DNA of 64,000 bases from Escherichia coli. Its GTDB lineage: Bacteria > Pseudomonadota > Gammaproteobacteria > Enterobacterales > Enterobacteriaceae. A program made the position numbers and the translations under genes. The stretch lies in the NCBI RefSeq assembly GCF_009931435.1, contig NZ_CP043414.1; one strand, written 5' to 3'. Positions 22,892-33,032 of this stretch are shown one piece after another; positions within the stretch are counted from its first letter, which is position 1, and each line of letters starts with the position of its first letter. The notes below the pieces were generated by a model. It had not been told where the DNA came from and ran no database searches. It saw only the letters and a program-made list of their open reading frames with translations.

Positions 22892-23224
22892 ATGTTAAAG
22901 CATAAAATTCAAACAATATTTGAAGCTCTGTTATATATAGTGCTTACTTATTGGTTAATAGATGCTTTTTTTGCATTCAATAAGTATGACTGGATGCTTG
23001 AGTCGGGAGACAATATTTGCAGTATACCTTCCGTTTCAGGCGAAGATCGTATATTGCAAACAATGATTGCAGCATTTTTTCTTCTGACGCCACTTATTAT
23101 TCTTATCTTAAGAAAACTCTTTGTGCGAGAAATCTTTGAGTTTTGGTTATATGTAATCTCGCTCGTTATTTGTTTGGTTTGTGGTTGGTGGCTTTTTTGG
23201 GGACGGTTTATATTTTGCTATTAA
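22892..23224 (+). CDS. ygiZ: Inner membrane protein YgiZ
   Basis: ORF track 110 aa; hydrophobic; strongly AT-rich gene between mdaB and qseC. Confidence 0.75.
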   Translation: MLKHKIQTIFEALLYIVLTYWLIDAFFAFNKYDWMLESGDNICSIPSVSGEDRILQTMIAAFFLLTPLIILILRKLFVREIFEFWLYVISLVICLVCGWWLFWGRFIFCY

Positions 23225-23269
23225 TAAAATCTATGAGAGTCGTTTTAACGGCTCTCATAGACAGAGAAG

Positions 23270-24619
23270 TTACCAGCTTACTTTCGCCTCAAATCCACCT
23301 TGTTCCGCATTCCCAAACTCAACATTCATGCCATGCAGCTTGGCGATTCGCTGGACAATTGAAAGCCCAAGTCCACTGCCGGTAGCGGTTTGTCCGGGTG
23401 GGCGATAGAAGCGTTCGCCAATTCTCGCCAGTGCCTCTGGTGTCACACCGGGGCCGTTATCCCTCACGATGAAATTATCGGCATTCAGCGTGACGTCCAC
23501 CACGCTACCTTGTGGACTGTAGCGCACGGCGTTATCCAGCAAATTTCGCACCAACAAACTTAGCAATAGCGGTTGTCCGGTGCGTTTGATGCCGTGGGCA
23601 TTGAGTGTCAGTCGCACGTCAATTTTTGCCTGCTGCGCCGTGTGGTAAATATCCATCACCGACGATTGCAGGAGATCTTCAAGCGGGATCTCCGCGACGT
23701 CCTGAAGGTTATCCAGTGAGTCCAGCCGCGATAGCGTGAGCAGTTGATCAACCAGACGAGTAGCACGATCGATCCCGGAATGTAATTGGAGCAGCGCTTT
23801 TTTCCGCGCCTGCGGATCATCGTCAGAGAGCTGCGCAACTTCGGTTTGCACTTTCAGCGCCGTTAACGGGCTTCGTAGTTCATGCGCTGCGTCGGAGGTA
23901 AAGCGTCGTTCACGAACCATCATCGCATGTGTGCGGGCGAACAGTTGATTTAGCGACTCAACCAGTGGACGCACTTCGCTGGGTACGCCCGTCGCGTTTA
24001 GTGGTTTTTCCGAGTCAGGGTCACGCATACGTAGTGCCAGCGCCAGTTTGTTCAGCGGCGCGAGTTCACGACCCAGTAGTACCATCATGATGATTAACAT
24101 AATCGGCAGTGCGACAAGCCACGGGATCAATTGCCCGGCAACAATTGCCAGCGCCATGTCTTCGCGGTATTCCCATTCCTGACCAACAACGATGCGATAT
24201 TTGCCATCAGGTGAGGTCATCCAGACAAAACGCCAGGGATCGTCTTCACCGACCAGTTGCCCGTCAGCAAAACCTTCCCGTTGATAGCTATAGGGAATAT
24301 CTTCTCCGTTATCCCCATCATTAAGGACCATTCTGCCGTCGTGGGTAAAGATGGCAAAGGTCAGCGCATCGTCATCAACATGACCGTGTTTTAATTTATT
24401 TGGCGTCTGTGCCATGCGATCCGCCGCGTTGATTTCGTTGAGATCGAGCGTACTTAACCGTTTGGCAAACAGCATCAGTTGGGTGTCGAACAACTCATCG
24501 ACGTTATCCGTTGTTTGTTTCCAGGCGACAAAGCTGGAAAGCAGCCAGGTCACCGAGGCCAGAATTAAAAAGATTAGCGTCAGCCTGACTCGCAGACTAA
24601 GACGTTGGGTAAATTTCAT
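23270..24619 (-). CDS. qseC: Sensor histidine kinase QseC
   Basis: ORF track 449 aa; HisKA motif HELRSPL and HATPase region; overlaps qseB stop. Confidence 0.9.
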   Translation of the reverse strand: MKFTQRLSLRVRLTLIFLILASVTWLLSSFVAWKQTTDNVDELFDTQLMLFAKRLSTLDLNEINAADRMAQTPNKLKHGHVDDDALTFAIFTHDGRMVLNDGDNGEDIPYSYQREGFADGQLVGEDDPWRFVWMTSPDGKYRIVVGQEWEYREDMALAIVAGQLIPWLVALPIMLIIMMVLLGRELAPLNKLALALRMRDPDSEKPLNATGVPSEVRPLVESLNQLFARTHAMMVRERRFTSDAAHELRSPLTALKVQTEVAQLSDDDPQARKKALLQLHSGIDRATRLVDQLLTLSRLDSLDNLQDVAEIPLEDLLQSSVMDIYHTAQQAKIDVRLTLNAHGIKRTGQPLLLSLLVRNLLDNAVRYSPQGSVVDVTLNADNFIVRDNGPGVTPEALARIGERFYRPPGQTATGSGLGLSIVQRIAKLHGMNVEFGNAEQGGFEAKVSW

Positions 24620-25275
24620 TTCTCACCTAATGTGTAGCCAATACCATGAACGGTACGAATAAAATCACTGCCGAGTTTGCGTCGCAGATGATGTACATGC
24701 ACTTCAACGGCATTACTGGTGACCTCTTCGTCCCAGGTATACAGTTTCTCTTCAATCAGTTTGCGCGGCAGTACCCGACCAGCGTTACGCATCAGTAATT
24801 CCAGCAGGGCAAATTCTTTTGGTTTCAGCGTTAAGGGTTCGCCAGCCAGCGTGGCGATACGTTTGCCGGGGTCGAGCATGACGTTACCGTGGCGCAGCTC
24901 GTTGCTGGCCTGGCCGTTGGTTCGGCGCATCAGAGCTTCCAGCCTGGCGGCGACTTCTATCAACGCAAAAGGTTTACACAGATAATCGTCAGCTCCCAGA
25001 CGCAGCCCTTCTACACGTTCCGCCAGCGCATCGCGCGCAGTCAGGATTAATACCGGCTCACGCTGACCTTTTTCTCGCCATTCGCGCAAAATATCGCGAC
25101 CATCCATGCCCGGTAAGGTTAAATCCAGGATCACCGCATCATAAGGTGCGCTATATAGCGCCTCTTTTCCCTGACGACCTTGTGTAAACCAGTCGACGCT
25201 AAAACCCATTTTACTAAGGCCCGTTTTGATGCCGTCGCCAATCAGCATGTCATCTTCTATCAGTAAAATTCGCAT
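24616..25275 (-). CDS. qseB: Response regulator QseB (OmpR family)
   Basis: ORF track 219 aa; receiver domain plus winged-helix. Confidence 0.9.
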   Translation of the reverse strand: MRILLIEDDMLIGDGIKTGLSKMGFSVDWFTQGRQGKEALYSAPYDAVILDLTLPGMDGRDILREWREKGQREPVLILTARDALAERVEGLRLGADDYLCKPFALIEVAARLEALMRRTNGQASNELRHGNVMLDPGKRIATLAGEPLTLKPKEFALLELLMRNAGRVLPRKLIEEKLYTWDEEVTSNAVEVHVHHLRRKLGSDFIRTVHGIGYTLGEK

Positions 25276-25426
25276 TTTTTCATCCCTGCGATAACCATAT
25301 TTGCTGCCAGTAAACCGTGTTGTAACGCGCTCTGTACAGCACTAAATTTTATTTTTTTCCCTTAAGAAGTTGTTAAGGACTATCTTGTTAAATGCTCGAA
25401 AACAGACATTAAAGGGAGTAATAAAC

Positions 25427-25819
25427 ATGAAAAAATTCGCAGCAGTAATCGCAGTAATGGCCCTGTGCAGTGCACCGGTGATGGCAGCAGAGCAGGGCGG
25501 TTTTTCTGGTCCATCGGCAACACAAAGTCAGGCCGGAGGATTCCAGGGGCCGAATGGCAGCGTAACGACCGTAGAAAGCGCAAAATCCCTGCGTGATGAC
25601 ACTTGGGTCACCCTGCGCGGCAATATCGTTGAACGTATCTCTGACGATCTCTACGTGTTCAAAGATGCCAGCGGTACTATCAATGTTGATATCGACCACA
25701 AACGCTGGAACGGCGTGACGGTGACCCCGAAAGATACCGTTGAGATTCAGGGTGAAGTCGATAAAGACTGGAACTCTGCTGAAATTGACGTCAAACAGAT
25801 CCGCAAAGTAAATCCGTAA
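25427..25819 (+). CDS. ygiW: BOF/OB-fold periplasmic stress protein YgiW (VisP)
   Basis: ORF track frame; start at MKKFAAVIAVMALCSAPVMA (signal peptide), 130 aa. Confidence 0.85.
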   Translation: MKKFAAVIAVMALCSAPVMAAEQGGFSGPSATQSQAGGFQGPNGSVTTVESAKSLRDDTWVTLRGNIVERISDDLYVFKDASGTINVDIDHKRWNGVTVTPKDTVEIQGEVDKDWNSAEIDVKQIRKVNP

Positions 25820-25828
25820 TTGTTAGCG

Positions 25829-25851
25829 CTCCCGGGACACGTTCCCGGGAA
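25829..25851. terminator. Stem-loop between ygiW and ygiV
   Basis: tcccggga-cacgt-tcccggga inverted repeat 10 nt after the ygiW stop; no clear U-run. Confidence 0.35.
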
Positions 25852-25871
25852 TAATTTCGCAGGGAGGCAAA

Positions 25872-26354
25872 ATGAAAAACCTGACACTGGATGTAAATAT
25901 TATCGATTTCCCATCAATCCCTGTGGCGATGTTGCCACATCGCTGTAGCCCTGAATTGCTCAACTACAGCGTGGCGAAATTTATCATGTGGCGTAAAGAA
26001 ACGGGGCTTTCTCCTGTTAACCAAAGCCAGACTTTTGGTGTCGCCTGGGATGACCCTGCCACCACCGTACCGGAAGCGTTTCGCTTTGATATCTGCGGCA
26101 GCGTTAACGAACCGATTCCCGATAATCGTTATGGCGTGAGTAATGGTGAACTTACCGGTGGACGTTATGCCGTGGCCCGCCACGTTGGCGAGCTGGACGA
26201 TATTTCACATACGGTATGGGGCATCATTCGCCACTGGCTGCCTGCAAGCGGCGAGAAAATGCGTAAAGCACCGATTCTGTTTCACTACACCAATCTTGCC
26301 GAAGGGGTAACAGAGCAGCGACTGGAAACGGATGTTTATGTGCCGTTGGCGTGA
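25872..26354 (+). CDS. ygiV: GyrI-like / AraC-effector-binding domain protein YgiV
   Basis: ORF track 160 aa; position downstream of ygiW. Confidence 0.8.
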   Translation: MKNLTLDVNIIDFPSIPVAMLPHRCSPELLNYSVAKFIMWRKETGLSPVNQSQTFGVAWDDPATTVPEAFRFDICGSVNEPIPDNRYGVSNGELTGGRYAVARHVGELDDISHTVWGIIRHWLPASGEKMRKAPILFHYTNLAEGVTEQRLETDVYVPLA

Positions 26355-26462
26355 TGAAGAATCTTTACCGGAGTGTGAGCCAAATCACTCGCGATAAGTT
26401 TGAGCGAACAATGCCACAGGCGTATTGTTGTTGGGCTTATAATTTCTCCGGTAAGGAATACC

Positions 26463-28070
26463 ATGTATACGCGAAATTTATTATGGCTGGTCAGCCTGGT
26501 AAGTGCGGCTCCTCTCTACGCTGCTGACGTTCCCGCCAACACACCGCTCGCCCCGCAACAAGTCTTTCGTTACAACAATCATAGCGACCCAGGTACGCTC
26601 GACCCGCAAAAGGTGGAGGAGAATACTGCCGCGCAGATTGTGCTGGATCTGTTTGAAGGTCTGGTATGGATGGACGGTGAAGGCCAGGTGCAGCCCGCTC
26701 AGGCTGAACGCTGGGAGATACTGGACGGCGGCAAGCGCTATATTTTCCATCTGCGTAGAGGTTTGCAGTGGTCAGACGGTCAGCCTCTGACGGCAGAGGA
26801 TTTTGTCCTCGGCTGGCAGCGCGCGGTTGACCCGAAAACGGCAAGCCCTTTTGCTGGCTATCTGGCACAGGCGCACATTAACAATGCCGCGGCTATTGTT
26901 GCGGGTAAAGCAGATGTTACATCGCTGGGTGTCAAAGCGATGGATGATCGTACTATTGAAGTTACGCTTGAGCAGCCGGTTCCTTGGTTCACGACGATGC
27001 TCGCCTGGCCGACGCTGTTCCCGGTTCCCCATCATGTAATCGCGAAATATGGCGATAGCTGGAGTAAGCCTGCGCATATGGTTTACAACGGTGCCTTTGT
27101 GCTTGATAAATGGGTAGTTAACGAAAAGATTACTGCACGCAAAAATCCAAAGTACCGCGATGCGCAACATACGGTATTGCAACAGGTTGAGTATCTGGCG
27201 CTGGATAATTCGGTCACCGGCTATAACCGCTATCGCGCGGGAGAGGTCGATCTCACCTGGGTTCCGGCACAGCAAATTCCTGCCATTGAAAAATCACTGC
27301 CTGGCGAGCTACGAATTATCCCGCGTCTGAACAGCGAATATTACAACTTTAACCTTGAGAAACCGCCATTTAACGATGTGCGGGTGCGTCGGGCGCTATA
27401 TCTTACGGTTGATCGACAGCTTATTGCGCAAAAGGTACTGGGGTTGAGAACGCCCGCAACCACGCTGACGCCGCCAGAGGTAAAAGGCTTTAGCGCGACG
27501 ACGTTCGATGAACTGCAAAAGCCAATGAGTGAGCGTGTCGCGATGGCAAAAGCCTTGCTGAAACAGGCGGGATACGACGCCTCTCATCCGCTACGCTTTG
27601 AGCTGTTCTACAACAAGTACGATCTGCATGAAAAAACCGCGATAGCGTTGTCTTCCGAATGGAAAAAATGGCTGGGTGCACAGGTGACGCTGCGCACAAT
27701 GGAGTGGAAAACCTATCTTGATGCCCGACGAACCGGTGATTTCATGCTGTCTCGGCAGTCGTGGGATGCGACGTACAATGATGCTTCCAGCTTTCTGAGC
27801 ACGCTCAAAAGCGATAGTGAAGAAAACGTCGGTCACTGGAAAAATGCGCAGTATGACGCCTTACTAAACCAGGCCACGCAGATCACTGATGCGACAAAGC
27901 GTAATGCGTTGTATCAGCAGGCAGAAGTAATCATCAACCAGCAGGCACCGCTGATTCCTATCTACTATCAGCCGTTAATCAAACTGCTTAAACCCTACGT
28001 TGGCGGTTTTCCGCTGCATAATCCCCAGGATTATGTCTACAGCAAAGAGTTGTATATCAAGGCACATTGA
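26463..28070 (+). CDS. ygiS: Periplasmic solute-binding protein YgiS (OppA/DppA family), 535 aa
   Basis: ORF track frame; start at ATG 26463 (MYTRNLLWLVSLVSAAPLYA signal peptide) with SD. Confidence 0.85.
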   Translation: MYTRNLLWLVSLVSAAPLYAADVPANTPLAPQQVFRYNNHSDPGTLDPQKVEENTAAQIVLDLFEGLVWMDGEGQVQPAQAERWEILDGGKRYIFHLRRGLQWSDGQPLTAEDFVLGWQRAVDPKTASPFAGYLAQAHINNAAAIVAGKADVTSLGVKAMDDRTIEVTLEQPVPWFTTMLAWPTLFPVPHHVIAKYGDSWSKPAHMVYNGAFVLDKWVVNEKITARKNPKYRDAQHTVLQQVEYLALDNSVTGYNRYRAGEVDLTWVPAQQIPAIEKSLPGELRIIPRLNSEYYNFNLEKPPFNDVRVRRALYLTVDRQLIAQKVLGLRTPATTLTPPEVKGFSATTFDELQKPMSERVAMAKALLKQAGYDASHPLRFELFYNKYDLHEKTAIALSSEWKKWLGAQVTLRTMEWKTYLDARRTGDFMLSRQSWDATYNDASSFLSTLKSDSEENVGHWKNAQYDALLNQATQITDATKRNALYQQAEVIINQQAPLIPIYYQPLIKLLKPYVGGFPLHNPQDYVYSKELYIKAH

Positions 28071-28207
28071 TGCCTTTATCGCCGTCGGAGCACGTCCGGC
28101 GGCGCTATTCACGCTGATCTCCTGTGACTCGACGCGGCAGATAATGTAGTATCTCCGGCAATATTGCCCCTTTGAAGGCTGGCGAATAAGTTGAGGAATC
28201 AGAATTA

Positions 28208-30466
28208 ATGAGCGATATGGCAGAGCGCCTTGCGCTACATGAATTTACGGAAAACGCCTACTTAAATTACTCCATGTACGTAATCATGGACCGTGCGTTG
28301 CCGTTTATTGGTGATGGTCTGAAACCTGTTCAGCGCCGCATTGTGTATGCGATGTCTGAACTGGGACTAAATGCCAGCGCCAAATTTAAAAAATCGGCCC
28401 GTACCGTCGGTGACGTACTGGGTAAATACCATCCGCACGGCGATAGCGCTTGTTATGAAGCGATGGTCCTGATGGCACAGCCGTTCTCTTACCGTTATCC
28501 GCTGGTTGATGGTCAGGGGAACTGGGGCGCGCCGGACGATCCGAAATCGTTCGCAGCAATGCGTTACACCGAATCCCGGTTGTCGAAATATTCCGAGCTG
28601 CTATTGAGCGAGCTGGGGCAGGGTACGGCTGACTGGGTGCCAAACTTCGACGGTACTTTGCAGGAGCCGAAAATGCTACCTGCCCGTCTGCCAAACATTT
28701 TGCTTAACGGCACCACCGGTATTGCCGTCGGCATGGCGACCGATATTCCACCGCATAACCTGCGTGAAGTGGCTCAGGCGGCAATCGCATTAATCGACCA
28801 GCCGAAAACCACGCTCGACCAGCTGCTGGATATCGTGCAGGGGCCGGATTATCCGACCGAAGCGGAAATCATCACCTCGCGTGCCGAGATCCGTAAAATC
28901 TACGAAAATGGTCGCGGTTCTGTGCGTATGCGCGCGGTGTGGAAGAAAGAAGACGGTGCGGTGGTTATCAGCGCATTGCCGCATCAGGTTTCTGGTGCGC
29001 GCGTACTGGAGCAAATTGCTGCGCAAATGCGCAACAAAAAGCTGCCGATGGTTGACGATCTGCGCGATGAGTCTGACCACGAGAACCCGACCCGTCTGGT
29101 GATTGTGCCGCGTTCCAACCGCGTGGATATGGATCAGGTGATGAACCACCTCTTCGCAACCACCGATCTGGAAAAGAGCTATCGTATTAACCTCAATATG
29201 ATCGGTCTGGATGGGCGTCCGGCGGTGAAAAACCTGCTGGAAATCCTTTCCGAATGGCTGGTGTTCCGCCGTGATACCGTGCGCCGCCGTCTGAACTATC
29301 GTCTGGAGAAAGTCCTCAAGCGCCTGCATATTCTGGAAGGTTTGCTGGTGGCGTTTCTCAATATCGACGAAGTGATTGAGATCATTCGCAATGAAGATGA
29401 ACCGAAACCGGCGCTGATGTCGCGCTTTGGCCTCACGGAAACTCAGGCGGAAGCGATCCTCGAACTGAAACTGCGTCATCTCGCCAAACTGGAAGAGATG
29501 AAGATTCGCGGTGAGCAGAGTGAGCTGGAAAAAGAGCGCGACCAGTTGCAGGGCATTTTGGCTTCCGAGCGTAAAATGAATAACCTGCTGAAGAAAGAAC
29601 TGCAGGCAGACGCGCAAGCCTACGGTGACGATCGTCGTTCGCCGTTGCAGGAACGCGAAGAAGCGAAAGCGATGAGCGAGCACGACATGTTGCCGTCTGA
29701 ACCTGTCACCATTGTGCTGTCGCAGATGGGCTGGGTACGCAGCGCTAAAGGCCATGACATCGACGCGCCGGGCCTGAATTATAAAGCGGGTGATAGTTTC
29801 AAAGCAGCGGTGAAAGGCAAGAGTAACCAACCGGTAGTGTTTGTTGATTCCACCGGTCGTAGCTATGCCATCGACCCGATTACGCTGCCGTCGGCGCGTG
29901 GTCAGGGCGAACCGCTCACCGGCAAATTAACGTTGCCGCCTGGGGCGACCGTTGACCATATGCTGATGGAAAGCGACGATCAGAAACTGCTGATGGCTTC
30001 CGATGCGGGTTACGGTTTCGTCTGTACCTTTAACGATCTGGTGGCGCGTAACCGTGCAGGTAAGGCTTTGATCACCTTACCGGAAAATGCCCATGTTATG
30101 CCGCCGGTGGTGATTGAAGATGCTTCCGATATGCTGCTGGCAATCACTCAGGCAGGCCGTATGTTGATGTTCCCGGTAAGCGATCTGCCGCAGCTGTCGA
30201 AGGGCAAAGGCAACAAGATTATCAACATTCCGTCGGCAGAAGCCGCGCGTGGCGAGGATGGTCTGGCGCAACTGTACGTTCTGCCGCCGCAAAGCACGCT
30301 GACCATTCATGTTGGGAAACGCAAAATTAAACTGCGTCCGGAAGAGCTACAGAAAGTCACTGGCGAACGTGGACGCCGCGGTACGTTGATGCGCGGTTTG
30401 CAGCGTATCGATCGTGTCGAGATCGACTCTCCTCGCCGCGCCAGCAGCGGCGATAGCGAAGAGTAG
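28208..30466 (+). CDS. parC: DNA topoisomerase IV subunit A
   Basis: ORF track 752 aa; GyrA/ParC family sequence. Confidence 0.95.
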
Positions 30467-30699
30467 TATGCCGGGGAGGGTATTGCTTCCTCCCGCTTGC
30501 AAGGAACGCCGGATGAAACGTTAAGTCGTCATCCGGCAGCATATTCAACCCCCGGAAACGATAAAAATTCCCTTGAAACCGTTGTTTATTCATGCGTTGC
30601 GATTAACAATACGCTTTTCCAGAGAGCGGCTTTTAACAATGCCCTAACCTGATTTCAGGTGACGTACAATGCCAGTCTCTCAGACCTTCAGAGGGTGTT

Positions 30700-31437
30700 A
30701 TGCTATATATCTTTCGTCTTATTATTACCGTGATTTACAGCATCTTAGTCTGTGTATTCGGCTCCATTTACTGCCTTTTCAGCCCGCGTAACCCGAAACA
30801 TGTAGCCACCTTTGGGCATATGTTTGGTCGTCTTGCGCCGCTGTTCGGCCTGAAAGTTGAGTGTCGCAAACCTGCAGATGCTGAAAGCTACGGCAATGCT
30901 ATTTATATTGCTAACCACCAGAACAACTATGACATGGTGACAGCATCGAACATTGTGCAACCGCCGACGGTGACGGTAGGTAAAAAGAGTTTGCTGTGGA
31001 TCCCCTTCTTTGGTCAGTTGTACTGGCTAACCGGCAACTTATTGATCGACAGAAATAACCGCACTAAAGCTCACGGCACCATTGCAGAAGTAGTGAATCA
31101 CTTCAAAAAACGCCGTATTTCCATCTGGATGTTCCCGGAAGGTACCCGCAGCCGTGGTCGCGGCCTGCTGCCGTTCAAGACAGGAGCATTTCACGCGGCA
31201 ATTGCGGCGGGCGTCCCGATTATTCCCGTGTGCGTCTCTACAACTTCGAATAAGATTAATCTTAATCGGCTACACAACGGTCTGGTGATTGTCGAAATGC
31301 TGCCGCCAATTGACGTCAGTCAGTATGGCAAAGATCAGGTTCGCGAGTTGGCTGCCCATTGTCGTTCGATAATGGAACAAAAAATCGCTGAGCTCGATAA
31401 AGAAGTCGCAGAACGCGAAGCCGCCGGAAGAGTTTAA
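30700..31437 (+). CDS. plsC: 1-acyl-sn-glycerol-3-phosphate acyltransferase
   Basis: ORF track 245 aa; acyltransferase motifs NHQNNYD and FPEGTRS. Confidence 0.9.
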   Translation: MLYIFRLIITVIYSILVCVFGSIYCLFSPRNPKHVATFGHMFGRLAPLFGLKVECRKPADAESYGNAIYIANHQNNYDMVTASNIVQPPTVTVGKKSLLWIPFFGQLYWLTGNLLIDRNNRTKAHGTIAEVVNHFKKRRISIWMFPEGTRSRGRGLLPFKTGAFHAAIAAGVPIIPVCVSTTSNKINLNRLHNGLVIVEMLPPIDVSQYGKDQVRELAAHCRSIMEQKIAELDKEVAEREAAGRV

Positions 31438-31510
31438 GTCGGCAATCTGTATTTTTGCGGGAACACTTTCCTGCACGGTATTACTTTAGCCAGTTTTACA
31501 TGGAGCAAAT

Positions 31511-32923
31511 ATGTCACTCAGTCGGCGTCAGTTCATTCAGGCATCGGGGATTGCACTTTGTGCAGGCGCTGTTCCCCTGAAGGCCAGCGCAGCCGGGCAA
31601 CAGCAACCGCTACCCGTTCCGCCGCTGCTTGAATCTCGCCGTGGGCAACCGCTGTTTATGACTGTACAACGTGCGCACTGGTCATTTACGCCAGGAACGC
31701 GCGCATCGGTCTGGGGAATCAATGGTCGTTACCTGGGGCCGACTATCCGCGTCTGGAAGGGCGATGATGTTAAGCTGATCTACAGTAACCGCCTGACAGA
31801 AAATGTCTCAATGACGGTGTCTGGTTTACAGGTGCCTGGCCCGCTGATGGGCGGTCCGGCACGGATGATGTCGCCAAACGCTGACTGGGCACCCGTATTA
31901 CCCATTCGCCAGAACGCAGCGACATTGTGGTATCACGCTAATACCCCCAATCGCACGGCTCAGCAGGTCTATAATGGCCTTGCCGGAATGTGGCTGGTGG
32001 AAGATGAAGTCAGCAAGTCGCTGCCTATCCCCAACCATTATGGTGTGGATGATTTTCCGGTCATTATCCAGGATAAACGGCTGGATAATTTTGGTACGCC
32101 AGAATACAACGAACCGGGAAGCGGCGGCTTTGTTGGAGATACGCTGCTGGTCAACGGTGTACAAAGCCCGTACGTTGAAGTCTCGCGTGGCTGGGTGCGC
32201 TTGCGTCTGTTGAACGCGTCGAACTCTCGTCGCTATCAACTACAGATGAGCGATGGTCGCCCGTTACATGTGATTTCTGGCGATCAGGGATTCTTGCCTG
32301 CTCCTGTATCGGTGAAGCAACTTTCGCTGGCACCGGGCGAGCGCCGCGAGATTCTGGTGGATATGAGCAACGGTGATGAAGTGTCGATCACCTGTGGCGA
32401 AGCGGCGAGCATTGTTGATCGTATTCGTGGCTTCTTTGAGCCATCCAGCATTCTGGTTTCTACGCTGGTGCTCACGTTGCGCCCGACCGGGCTACTGCCG
32501 CTGGTTACTGACAGCCTGCCGATGCGCCTGCTGCCAACTGAAATTATGGCCGGTTCGCCGATTCGCAGTCGCGATATCAGTCTGGGTGATGACCCGGGTA
32601 TCAATGGGCAGCTGTGGGACGTCAACCGTATTGATGTCACCGCGCAGCAAGGAACGTGGGAACGCTGGACGGTACGCGCGGACGAGCCGCAAGCGTTCCA
32701 TATTGAAGGCGTGATGTTCCAGATCCGTAACGTGAATGGCGCGATGCCGTTCCCGGAAGACAGAGGCTGGAAAGATACCGTTTGGGTTGACGGACAAGTG
32801 GAGCTGCTTGTTTATTTCGGTCAGCCTTCCTGGGCGCACTTCCCGTTCTACTTCAACAGTCAGACGCTGGAAATGGCGGACCGTGGCTCGATTGGGCAAT
32901 TGTTGGTCAATCCGGTACCGTAA
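31511..32923 (+). CDS. ftsP: Cell division protein FtsP (SufI), multicopper-oxidase fold
   Basis: ORF track 470 aa; Tat signal SRRQFIQASG. Confidence 0.9.
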   Translation: MSLSRRQFIQASGIALCAGAVPLKASAAGQQQPLPVPPLLESRRGQPLFMTVQRAHWSFTPGTRASVWGINGRYLGPTIRVWKGDDVKLIYSNRLTENVSMTVSGLQVPGPLMGGPARMMSPNADWAPVLPIRQNAATLWYHANTPNRTAQQVYNGLAGMWLVEDEVSKSLPIPNHYGVDDFPVIIQDKRLDNFGTPEYNEPGSGGFVGDTLLVNGVQSPYVEVSRGWVRLRLLNASNSRRYQLQMSDGRPLHVISGDQGFLPAPVSVKQLSLAPGERREILVDMSNGDEVSITCGEAASIVDRIRGFFEPSSILVSTLVLTLRPTGLLPLVTDSLPMRLLPTEIMAGSPIRSRDISLGDDPGINGQLWDVNRIDVTAQQGTWERWTVRADEPQAFHIEGVMFQIRNVNGAMPFPEDRGWKDTVWVDGQVELLVYFGQPSWAHFPFYFNSQTLEMADRGSIGQLLVNPVP

Positions 32924-32926
32924 TCG

Positions 32927-32960
32927 CCATACTCGCCCGAGTGGGCGAGTATGGAATACT
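32927..32960 (+). terminator. ftsP intrinsic terminator
   Basis: Long perfect hairpin ccatactcgcccgagtgggcgagtatgg followed by T-rich tract. Confidence 0.7.
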
Positions 32961-33032
32961 TTTCGATTTCTCTTTCGTTCCGGCTTATAATCCCCGGCCT
33001 TTGATTATTTTTTTATCATTTCTGGAAGCAAA

